Assembly: GCA_937896905.1 (NCBI GenBank)
Contig: CALBOE010000006.1
Span: 57,336 to 121,335 of the forward strand
Reading direction: 5' to 3'
Origin: an uncultured Clostridia bacterium
Lineage (GTDB): Bacteria; Bacillota; Clostridia; Christensenellales; UBA1242
Length of the DNA: 64,000 nucleotides
Position numbers and translations under genes: made by a program. Positions 56,984 to 64,000 of this stretch are shown here, one piece after another (the stretch's first letter is position 1; every line of letters starts with the position of its first letter). The notes below the pieces were generated by a model. The model ran no database searches and was not told where the DNA came from. It saw only the letters and a program-made list of their open reading frames with translations.

Positions 56984-57012
56984 ATATTATCACATTGAAC
57001 TGCCGTTGTCAA
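56984..57012 (-). promoter_or_regulatory. leuS leader promoter
   Basis: TTGACA (57012-57007), 17-nt spacer, TAATAT (56989-56984). Confidence 0.75.
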
Positions 57013-57027
57013 GAAAAGATGCAATGT

Positions 57028-57378
57028 TTACCTTGGAACAAAACTATTGCATGGAGCATTAGATTGCTCGCTTCCAACAAAAATACCATTAGAAAAACAT
57101 TCGCCCTCCTTGTTAAAAACACAATTAGAAGTATCACACATTATATTCATGGTTTTACAATGATGAAAAGGTGCAATGTCTGGTTCGTGCATAAACATAT
57201 CCCTAGAAACGTCCTGAACTTCTTTGGTTGTATCTATTCTTAAATCGTTACAATCGGCACAATTATCAATTTGCAGGTTTTTTCTGCTGCATTTTGCCCT
57301 GTCGTTATATTGGCAACTATATTTTCTACACATTACGTCCATAAATCTATTTTTGCCAACATATAACGTTTTATTCAT
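57028..57378 (-). CDS. Cys-rich protein with two DUF1540-like modules
   Basis: The pattern C..S.C.(Y/F)N....C is repeated (VMCRKYSCQYNDRAKC; IMCDTSNCVFNKEGEC). Confidence 0.7.
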   Translation of the reverse strand: MNKTLYVGKNRFMDVMCRKYSCQYNDRAKCSRKNLQIDNCADCNDLRIDTTKEVQDVSRDMFMHEPDIAPFHHCKTMNIMCDTSNCVFNKEGECFSNGIFVGSEQSNAPCNSFVPR

Positions 57379-57440
57379 AATATTAAATTTGACACGAGCC
57401 TATTTGTGTGTTATAATAAAACCACATAAACGGAGAACTT

Positions 57441-57884
57441 ATGAAAGTTATTTTAATAAAAGAGCTTAAAGGAAAAGGAAAAAAGGGTGACATTATTGAA
57501 GTTAACCCAAACTATGCACTTAATGTGCTAATTAAACAAGGAATTGCAAAAGAAGCAAACGCCAGCAATTTAAACGACCATAAAGGTCAGCAACAGGCAA
57601 AAGAATTTCACCATAACGAACTTGTTAAGGAATATCAAGCGCTTGCAAACAGCATAAAAAACAAAGAGTATAATTTCACTTTAAATGTTGGCGCAAATGG
57701 CAAAGCATTTGGTTCTATAACCAAACAAGAAATTTTAAACAAACTTGTTGCAGACGGTGTTAAAATTGAAAAGAATATGATTAAAGATTTTCCAACCATT
57801 AAAAGCGTTGGGCAGTATAAAATAACACTTCAATTAATTAAAGAAGTTTCGGTTGAAATTATTGCAAATGTTAATATAAAATAG
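57441..57884 (+). CDS. rplI: 50S ribosomal protein L9
   Basis: MKVILIKELKGKGKKGDIIEV is an L9 N-domain. 147 aa. TTGACA-17-TATAAT promoter upstream. Confidence 0.93.
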   Translation: MKVILIKELKGKGKKGDIIEVNPNYALNVLIKQGIAKEANASNLNDHKGQQQAKEFHHNELVKEYQALANSIKNKEYNFTLNVGANGKAFGSITKQEILNKLVADGVKIEKNMIKDFPTIKSVGQYKITLQLIKEVSVEIIANVNIK

Positions 57885-57894
57885 AAGGTAACAA

Positions 57895-58224
57895 ATGAAA
57901 AATATACGATGTTCTTCTTGTGGCGCAAACATACAGCCAAAGGAAAATTCCAGCACTATCGTTTGCCCATATTGCGACTCTGCATTGGTTTTAGATTCTT
58001 CCGAGCAAATAAAAAAGGAATTCACACCTCAAGTTTCACAAAGCACGCACACCACACAAAGCCCAACAGCCAGCACACAACCACGCATGGCTACAAAATC
58101 CCGCCCAAAAGCTAATGTGTTTTTGTTTTTCTTTTTGTTGTGTTGCTCGTTTTGGCCTGGCATAATTTATTTGGTTATTATTGGAGCAAAACAAAAAGAG
58201 TGGGACAGATTGTATAAAAAATAA
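57895..58224 (+). CDS. Zinc-ribbon membrane protein
   Basis: CSSCG...CPYC zinc ribbon at the N-terminus and a C-terminal TM helix. Co-transcribed with rplI. Confidence 0.65.
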   Translation: MKNIRCSSCGANIQPKENSSTIVCPYCDSALVLDSSEQIKKEFTPQVSQSTHTTQSPTASTQPRMATKSRPKANVFLFFFLLCCSFWPGIIYLVIIGAKQKEWDRLYKK

Positions 58225-58228
58225 TACG

Positions 58229-58343
58229 AAAAAACACGCAACATAAGTGTCATTCTGAACGAACATACTGTCATTCTGAACGCAGTGAAGAATCTGAAAG
58301 ATACTTCGTTTCACTCAGTATGACATTGATTGCGTGTTTTTTT
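58229..58343. repeat. Composite hairpin: terminator-like stem enclosing three REP-like copies
   Basis: Outer arms aaaaaacacgcaa / ttgcgtgttttttt. Inside are gtcattctgaacg at 58249-58261 and 58270-58282, and an inverted diverged copy at 58307-58324. Confidence 0.8.
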
Positions 58344-58563
58344 AATTTTCTAAACCTAATAAATAATCTGTTGAAACTTTAAAATATTGTGCCAAAATAG
58401 ACAAATAAACAGCACTTGGTAAACGCTTTTTTAAATTCCAACTATTTATTGTTGACCTTGGAATATTTGTTTCTTCGGCAAGTTGTTTCATGTTAAGATT
58501 TTTATCTTTCATTAAATCTAAAAATCTTTCCATAAAGATTCCATATACAGTTTGTTCCCTCAT
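58342..58563 (-). CDS. Small XRE/Cro-type HTH regulator (73 aa)
   Basis: HTH_3 pattern (MKQLAEETNIPRSTINSWNLKKRLPSAVYLSILAQYFKVSTDYLLG). ATG 58563 lies 6 nt after an extended -10 (TGtCAATAT, 58578-58570). ATG 58533 is the alternative start. Confidence 0.75.
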   Translation of the reverse strand: MREQTVYGIFMERFLDLMKDKNLNMKQLAEETNIPRSTINSWNLKKRLPSAVYLSILAQYFKVSTDYLLGLEN

Positions 58564-58596
58564 GAAAATATATTGACACATTTGTGCCACTTTTAT

Positions 58597-58626
58597 TTGA
58601 CAAAACACAAACGTGTTTTATATAAT
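58597..58626 (+). promoter_or_regulatory. Divergent strong promoter with a palindromic operator in its spacer
   Basis: TTGACA (58597-58602), TATAAT (58621-58626). The spacer holds aaaacac-aaac-gtgtttt (58602-58619). Confidence 0.65.
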
Positions 58627-58632
58627 TAAAAC

Positions 58633-58782
58633 AGCATATAATTGGCGAACGCTAATTATGTGTTATTGTTGGGCAAGGAAATCGAAAGATACAGTGTGTT
58701 TTTGCTAGCAAACCTTTGCAACGAGAACGAGAGTAAACCCAGCAAGGAAAAACACGCAGTTATTTCTGCGTGTTTTTCTATT
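58633..58782 (+). ncRNA. Candidate ~150-nt small transcript (sRNA or micro-peptide mRNA)
   Basis: Bounded by the promoter at 58597-58626 and the terminator at 58748-58778. Contains a 5' imperfect hairpin (catataattggcg...cgctaattatg). The only ATG ORF is the 16-codon MCYCWARKSKDTVCFC, which has no SD. Confidence 0.35.
58748..58778. terminator. Bidirectional terminator (glyQS and the candidate sRNA)
   Basis: aaaaacacgcag-ttatttc-tgcgtgttttt. Confidence 0.85.
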
Positions 58783-58803
58783 TTTTATTTATCAATTTTG
58801 CAA

Positions 58804-60168
58804 TTAATCATTTACCTTTTTGTTAACATATTCAACAAGTTCGTCTATGCTTAGGCGGATTTGCTCCATTGTGTCGCGGTCACGAACTGTAACTGTGTTA
58901 TTTTCTAACGTGTCGAAATCGATTGTAACACACATTGGCGTTCCAATTTCGTCCTGACGGCGGTAACGTTTTCCAATTGAGCCCGCTTCGTCGTAGCTAA
59001 CCATAAAGTGCTTTGCAAGTTTTGTGTAAACTTCGTTTGCTTTTTCGCTTAAATTCTTTTGAAGCGGAAGAACAGCAACCTTATATGGCGCAATGCTTGG
59101 GTGGAAGTGCATAACAACACGAGTATCTCCACCTGCTAAAACCTCTTCGTCATACGCTTCGCATAAAACTGCCAAAGTTAAACGGTCGGCACCAATGGAA
59201 TATTCTATAACATTTGGAATATATTTTTCGTTGGTGAAAGGGTCTAAATATAACATAGATTTACCGCTGTATTCTTGATGACGACTTAAATCCCAATCTC
59301 CCCTGTGGTGAATGCCATTTAATTCTTCCCAACCAATTGGATAGTGATATTGAATGTCGCAAGCGGCTTTTGCATAGTGCGCAAGTTTGTCGTGATCGTG
59401 GAAACGTAAATTTTCTGCCTTAAAGCCTAAAGAAAGCAAGAAATTGAATGCTTTTTCTTTAAACTGAGCATAGAAATTCATGCTATCGTCCGCCTTGCAG
59501 AACCATTGGTGTTCCATTTGTTCAAATTCAATTGTTCTAAAAATAAAGTTTCCTGGTGTAACTTCATTTCTAAACGCTTTACCAATTTGAGCAATTCCAA
59601 ATGGCACCTTTGCACGCATACTACGTTGAACGTTAAGGAAGTTAACAAATTCCCCTTGCGCAGTTTCTGGGCGCAAATAAATTAAATTTTGACTATCTTC
59701 TGTTACGCCACGAGAAGTTGAAAACATAAGGTTAAAGTTACGAATTGATGTCCAATCGTGCTTACCACATTTTGGGCAGTTAACTTTGTGTTCTGCAATG
59801 TATTGTTCCATTTGTTCGTTGCTCATTGTGTCGGCATTAACTGTTCCTTTGCTATGCGCTTCAATTAAATTATCTGCTCTGTGGCGAGTTTTGCAAGATT
59901 TGCAGTCCATTTTAGGGTCGGAAAAACTTGCAGTGTGGCCACTTGCGTCCCACACTTTGCTATTCATAAAAATGTCGGCATCAACACCATACGAGTTTGG
60001 CGATAACTGCACAAACTGTTTCCACCAAGCGCGCTTAATGTTGTTTTTAAGTTCCACACCAACAGGACCATAATCCCAAGTGTTGGCAAGGCCATCGTAA
60101 ATGTCGCTTCCTGGGAAAATTAATCCCCTACTTTTGCATAAGTTCACAATTTTATCAAAGTTTTGCAT
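58804..60168 (-). CDS. glyQS: Glycyl-tRNA synthetase (class II, homodimeric GlyQS type)
   Basis: 454 aa with class II motifs (FRNEVTPGNFIFRTIEFEQME; GADRL). Confidence 0.97.
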   Translation of the reverse strand: MQNFDKIVNLCKSRGLIFPGSDIYDGLANTWDYGPVGVELKNNIKRAWWKQFVQLSPNSYGVDADIFMNSKVWDASGHTASFSDPKMDCKSCKTRHRADNLIEAHSKGTVNADTMSNEQMEQYIAEHKVNCPKCGKHDWTSIRNFNLMFSTSRGVTEDSQNLIYLRPETAQGEFVNFLNVQRSMRAKVPFGIAQIGKAFRNEVTPGNFIFRTIEFEQMEHQWFCKADDSMNFYAQFKEKAFNFLLSLGFKAENLRFHDHDKLAHYAKAACDIQYHYPIGWEELNGIHHRGDWDLSRHQEYSGKSMLYLDPFTNEKYIPNVIEYSIGADRLTLAVLCEAYDEEVLAGGDTRVVMHFHPSIAPYKVAVLPLQKNLSEKANEVYTKLAKHFMVSYDEAGSIGKRYRRQDEIGTPMCVTIDFDTLENNTVTVRDRDTMEQIRLSIDELVEYVNKKVND

Positions 60169-60195
60169 AAATTTTCTCCTTAATAATTTAAAATG

Positions 60196-60365
60196 CTATG
60201 CCATAAGAAAAACCCTTACAGCATTATTTTGCCGTAAGGGACGATTTTTACAAACCGCGGTTCCACCCTAATTGGATAATTCCCACCTTATTTTCTTGTT
60301 ACGCCAAGCGGAGCGGATATCTTTTCAATATCTCCAGATAAATCGCCACTTTATCTATAGGATTA
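60196..60365 (-). promoter_or_regulatory. T-box riboswitch (Gly, GGC specifier) controlling glyQS
   Basis: The reverse complement of 60256-60273 reads AATTAGGGTGGAACCGCG, the T-box consensus. Terminator cccttacgg...ctgtaaggg plus T5 (60208-60240). GGC lies on the 3' side of stem I (60305-60303). TTGACA-17-TAATAT promoter at 60399-60371. Confidence 0.85.
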
Positions 60366-60432
60366 TTTTTATATTATTCCATTTTTATTAGTTTGTCAAC
60401 CATTTTTCTAGATTTTAGCATTTTGTTAAAAC

Positions 60433-63400
60433 TTACCACTCAAATAAGGTTTCTTCATAATCTAAACCATACTTGTCTTTATTCTCTGCCTCTAACTCTT
60501 CCGCTGTTGGCTTTTTCTTTCTTCCACGCTTTGCAGTTGTTTGTTCTGTTTGTGTTTGTTCAACAGAATCATCTTGTTTTTCTGTGGGTTCTACTGGCGT
60601 AGGTTCAACAACTGTTTCTGGCTGATTTGCAGGCGCAGTTTCAACTTCAAGTTCTTGTGAAGAAGGTTTCTCCGCTTTTTTTGCTTCCGCTTTAAGTTTT
60701 TTGTATTTATTAAACCTTTTGTTTATTTGCTTATAAATTGCCTTATCTGTTTCATCTTCACTTGTTTTAAGTTCTTTTAAAATACCTCTTACGGATTTTT
60801 CAATATCACGTTTTAACTTAGCGTCAACCTTATCTCCATTCGCTTCAAGTTTATCTATTAAAGCCAAGTATTTTTCAACACCAGCCGCCTTAATTTCTGC
60901 CGACATAGACATTGCGTCAGTTTTTGTTCTTGTTGTGCCTGCTGCATCAACATATTTTGTTTTAACTGTTTTTGAAATAGCTAAACCATCTACAACTTTT
61001 CGTATAACATTTTTGCTGTTAACAATGACTTTATCGTTAGAAGAATTTAATGTGAATATAGATAGATTGTTAACTCTTTGCAAAACCGCTTCAACTCTTC
61101 CCATTATAGATTCGTCAATTTCTCCAGCATCTATAGTAAGTTGCAAGTTGTTAAGATTTAATTGCAAGAAAGAAATAATCTTATCTTTTAATGGTTTTTT
61201 GTTTTCTCCATCTAGTTCTCCATTTTCTAATTCGCTTAAAATTTTCTCAATTCTTGCCAAGTTATTTTCGGTGAACTTAACTGAAGAGATGGTTGTTTTT
61301 GCTTCTTGCACATCAAAGGTTTCGCCAACGCCCGCTTTAATAACTGCCGTTTCACTCAATTTTAAGTTTGCATATGTTGTTTTACCTTTAAGCATTGGTT
61401 TTAAGGTTCTAGCCGAAGATTTTGTAACTTCTTTATTTTCTTCAACATCTTCTTGATTATCTTGCTCTATTTCAACTGGGTCTGTTTGATGTTCGGTTTC
61501 TGTGCCAACAGATAAATCATCTGTTTGATTTTGGTGTTCTTCCATAGCTGTTGTAACAATACCAACTTCGTCTTTATTGCCATTAGATGTAGCCGTCCAG
61601 ATGTGCAGTTTGCCATCTTCAACACCGTCAGATCGTTCACCAAATTGCATATTAGAAAATTGTTCCATTTTATCAAGCAAACTTGCATATGCAGCCGAAT
61701 ACTGTATGCCATTTTTTGCAAGTGCAGCATAGAATCCTTTGTTGTTGATTAATTTTCTAGCAATTTGATGTTGAGTGTTTAAATATCGCAACAAAACTTG
61801 CTCTTGTGCGGAAACCTCTTTGCCCGCAGCCAGCAATGCAGTCTCTGTTATGTGCTGTGCTAAATTTTCAATCTTTGCTGCTGTGGCTTGCTTCAACACT
61901 TCTTCTTTTTGTTCTTTCGACAATCTGCCACCATTTTTTTCTCGTGCTTCTTTTAACACTTTTAACTCTTCAGCCCTTGTTAACTGCCCTTTTTCGGTTG
62001 CTTGCAACATAATGTCATTCTTTTCTTCTTCTGTTAGCTCCCTTGGAACAATATCGTATTGCGCAAAAATGCTTTCTATGTTGCCATTGGCATCTTTGTT
62101 AACAACAGGAGTGTAAGTTAATCTTGTTAGCAAACCATTAATAATGGAATCCACTTCTTCTGGCTGAACTCCCATTTCTTTGGCAAGCCAAACCTTATCT
62201 TTAACCGAAAATTTACCAACTTCAAAATCTAAATCCATACGGCTTAAGAATGCAGTTTCATCTTCGGATATTTTTGCAGATGCAACCAATAATTCTTGTT
62301 CTTTTTCGTCTTCAGTTAACTCTCTTCCCAATCTTTCCTGTGCCGATTGTAAAATATACGACTTTTCTTCTTCTGTTAATTCTTTATGTTTAATAGAATG
62401 TTTTGCACTAATAACCGCATTGCCGAATTCGTCATATTCCACAGTGCAAGCATAAGCAACCCTATTTGCAATGTTAAATAGTTGCTGATCGAACGCAACC
62501 TGCGCCTTTCCGGTTAATTTATATTCACAGGTGTTAATGTTAAACACCATGCTGTCTAATATTCTTAATTCGTCTTCCGTTAATTCGTCACGCTTAATAT
62601 ATTTCGCCATCATAAAGCCCTTTGCGCGCTTCATTTTAGCAATATCTTCTTGCAAGTGTTTGTCCTCTGGCTTAAACGAGCCAGAAGAGGTGTAGTTGAT
62701 TTTCATTTCTTTTAGTTTGGCTTCTAACACTTCACACTCTGGAATTAAGTCAGGATTTCGTTTTGCTTTGCGTTTTAATTTTTTAAGCTTAGCTTCAAGC
62801 CCTTTAATCTCCTCCAAATATTGTGTGAATAAATAGGCATTGCTTTCGTTAACTTGACCCTTTCCGTTAATCATTTTAAACTCTGCAATATATTCACTTT
62901 CCGAAAGTGTTGAAACAAGCCCATGTTCAAGCTGGCTGAATTTATGCAAAAATGCAATTTCTCTTCTTGCCTCTGGAGTTTCTGCCCTAAGTTGAGCTTC
63001 TAAAGCCTTTAACTCTTCAAACGATTGCTTACGGCACTCTTTACGTTGAAAATCTAATTTGTCTGGATATTTTGTTGTTCTTCCGTTAACAAGCCCTGCC
63101 CTAACAGCATTAACAATGGGAGTTCCTATTGCAACTCCAGCAGCCGTAACTGCCGCAGCCGCAAAAAGTGGAGGAACTGCCAACATAAGCAAAATTCCTG
63201 GGCCAGAACAAACATTAACTAAAGTTGTTACGGTAACTTCGCCCAATTTAGAGTACACTGAAGCATTTGCTTTTTTTCTATCAAAATGTGGGCCACCTGT
63301 TAATTTCCCATTTTCATAGATTAAAGGATTTTCTTTTAAAAATTTATATTTCCAATGTTCACTAGAATAGTCGTCTGTTATGGTTGTTGTTGAAAATTGA

Positions 63401-64000
63401 TATCTTTCATTTTTAGAATCCACTTCACAAAACTCGCCATTAACAATAACTTCATCAACTTCGTAATTACCACCTTTATATTGTTCAACAAAATCTCTTT
63501 TTGCATTAAACAATCGTTCTTCTTTTTCTTCGGTTGAAAGTTCCCTAGCATAAACTGCTTTAGCGTTAGCGTCTAATTCGTAATCATTAATTAAAACACA
63601 TTGTTCAGCCTTGTCGCCTTTGTTTGTTGTTTTAATAACATCGCAGGAAGCCATATCTCCTTTATGCAACACTAATGGAACAACATCTTCTGGATTAAAC
63701 CTGGCAGAATACTTAATTGCTTCTTCTGTGTTTGCAATAATTCTATATTCCACCGTGCTACCATTTTGATATTTTATTAAGAAAGCATCGCAGTTTTGTG
63801 CCGTGGAAGAATATTTATAGCAATATGGGCGAACAGCTTGGTTTTCTTGAACAAAACGACCATCTTTAAGTTTTATGAATGTGCCGTCTTTCAAAACATC
63901 TTCTTTATTTTCAGTTGTTTGTAGAGTTCTTTCGCTGTTATAGGTAAGGTTTGCATCTTCAGCGGATAGCGGTTCACTAATATGAACAACATCTCCAATT
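60433..64000 (-). CDS. Giant uncharacterised protein, 5'-partial (more than 1188 aa) with a central TM hairpin and a long charged/coiled-coil C-terminal region
   Basis: The reading frame stays open from the track's TTG at 63894 to the window edge. Hydrophobic segment GPGILLMLAVPPLFAAAAVTAAGVAIGTPIV. Repeated (R)ELTE(E/D)EK modules. Basic and acidic C-terminal tail. Confidence 0.7.
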   Translation of the reverse strand, partial: IGDVVHISEPLSAEDANLTYNSERTLQTTENKEDVLKDGTFIKLKDGRFVQENQAVRPYCYKYSSTAQNCDAFLIKYQNGSTVEYRIIANTEEAIKYSARFNPEDVVPLVLHKGDMASCDVIKTTNKGDKAEQCVLINDYELDANAKAVYARELSTEEKEERLFNAKRDFVEQYKGGNYEVDEVIVNGEFCEVDSKNERYQFSTTTITDDYSSEHWKYKFLKENPLIYENGKLTGGPHFDRKKANASVYSKLGEVTVTTLVNVCSGPGILLMLAVPPLFAAAAVTAAGVAIGTPIVNAVRAGLVNGRTTKYPDKLDFQRKECRKQSFEELKALEAQLRAETPEARREIAFLHKFSQLEHGLVSTLSESEYIAEFKMINGKGQVNESNAYLFTQYLEEIKGLEAKLKKLKRKAKRNPDLIPECEVLEAKLKEMKINYTSSGSFKPEDKHLQEDIAKMKRAKGFMMAKYIKRDELTEDELRILDSMVFNINTCEYKLTGKAQVAFDQQLFNIANRVAYACTVEYDEFGNAVISAKHSIKHKELTEEEKSYILQSAQERLGRELTEDEKEQELLVASAKISEDETAFLSRMDLDFEVGKFSVKDKVWLAKEMGVQPEEVDSIINGLLTRLTYTPVVNKDANGNIESIFAQYDIVPRELTEEEKNDIMLQATEKGQLTRAEELKVLKEAREKNGGRLSKEQKEEVLKQATAAKIENLAQHITETALLAAGKEVSAQEQVLLRYLNTQHQIARKLINNKGFYAALAKNGIQYSAAYASLLDKMEQFSNMQFGERSDGVEDGKLHIWTATSNGNKDEVGIVTTAMEEHQNQTDDLSVGTETEHQTDPVEIEQDNQEDVEENKEVTKSSARTLKPMLKGKTTYANLKLSETAVIKAGVGETFDVQEAKTTISSVKFTENNLARIEKILSELENGELDGENKKPLKDKIISFLQLNLNNLQLTIDAGEIDESIMGRVEAVLQRVNNLSIFTLNSSNDKVIVNSKNVIRKVVDGLAISKTVKTKYVDAAGTTRTKTDAMSMSAEIKAAGVEKYLALIDKLEANGDKVDAKLKRDIEKSVRGILKELKTSEDETDKAIYKQINKRFNKYKKLKAEAKKAEKPSSQELEVETAPANQPETVVEPTPVEPTEKQDDSVEQTQTEQTTAKRGRKKKPTAEELEAENKDKYGLDYEETLFEW

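Noticed and set aside
56844-57000. T-box riboswitch upstream of leuS, which is the expected regulator in Bacillota.
   Set aside because: The leader is only ~115 nt. It has no AGGGUGGNACCGCG box (just GGGUGG in the terminator loop) and no recognisable stem I, GA motif or distal-loop motifs. I kept this as the alternative hypothesis in the leuS finding. An Infernal scan would settle it.
58036-58314. 92-aa minus-strand ORF and 68-aa plus-strand ORF overlapping the zinc-ribbon gene and the REP hairpin. Also the 70-aa ORF at 58642-58854.
   Set aside because: They read through REP copies or terminators, lack RBSs and overlap better-supported genes. The 58642 ORF starts at TTG and passes through the glyQS terminator into glyQS antisense.
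2214-58608. Longer N-terminal extensions offered by the ORF track at 2214, 4728, 21680, 23343, 25183, 33512, 44571, 47205, 49372 and 58608.
   Set aside because: In each case the extension overlaps the upstream gene, contains the gene's own promoter hexamers, or uses a non-ATG start. A downstream ATG has an SD or the recurrent -10+6 geometry.
1-64000. Search for prophage, integrase, transposase, reverse transcriptase, restriction-modification or known defence-system genes that could explain the repeats and scars.
   Set aside because: None of the translated ORFs shows the hallmark motifs: tyrosine or serine recombinase catalytic residues, a DDE triad context, YxDD, or methyltransferase motifs I/IV. 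The mobile-looking features therefore have no visible cognate enzyme within this window.

Overview
64-kb chromosomal segment of a low-GC Gram-positive bacterium. Gene content (addAB, the sigH-rlmB-mrnC block, a T-box on glyQS, YjcZ-/YjzC-/DUF1540-type small proteins) points to a spore-forming Bacillota, probably Clostridia-like. Most of the window is housekeeping: pepF, uvrB, rpoB-rpoC, hflX, rubrerythrin, secA, recR-ybaB-dnaX, addA-addB, mnmA, rpiB, holA-comEC, leuS, rplI, glyQS, and tRNA-Ala/Ile/Glu. I found no rRNA, CRISPR array, transposase, integrase or reverse transcriptase. The observations I consider most worth follow-up are: (1) a ~1.5-kb AT-rich cassette between uvrB and a hypothetical gene, bracketed by a 37-41 bp imperfect inverted repeat, carrying a self-promoted orphan radical-SAM gene plus ~390 bp of nested hairpins and no mobility gene; (2) an 86-bp tandem duplication (2.4 copies) of the rpoB 3' end inside the rpoB-rpoC spacer, where the older copy differs only at synonymous third-codon positions; (3) a G9 homopolymer inside the -35/-10 spacer of a membrane-protein promoter, the classic phase-variation architecture; (4) a leuS leader with no convincing T-box but a possible leaderless 11-codon Leu-rich peptide and a chain of mutually exclusive helices ending in a terminator; (5) a recurrent '-35, 17 nt, -10, 6 nt, ATG' layout at about a dozen genes, implying widespread leaderless mRNAs; (6) a mosaic tRNA-Ile locus and a tRNA-Glu 3'-end duplication; (7) several uncharacterised protein sets (HicB-like plus a 175-aa partner, a degenerate ABC protein plus two small paralogs, and two giant proteins). 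All functional calls rest on motif recognition by eye. No database search or folding computation was run.
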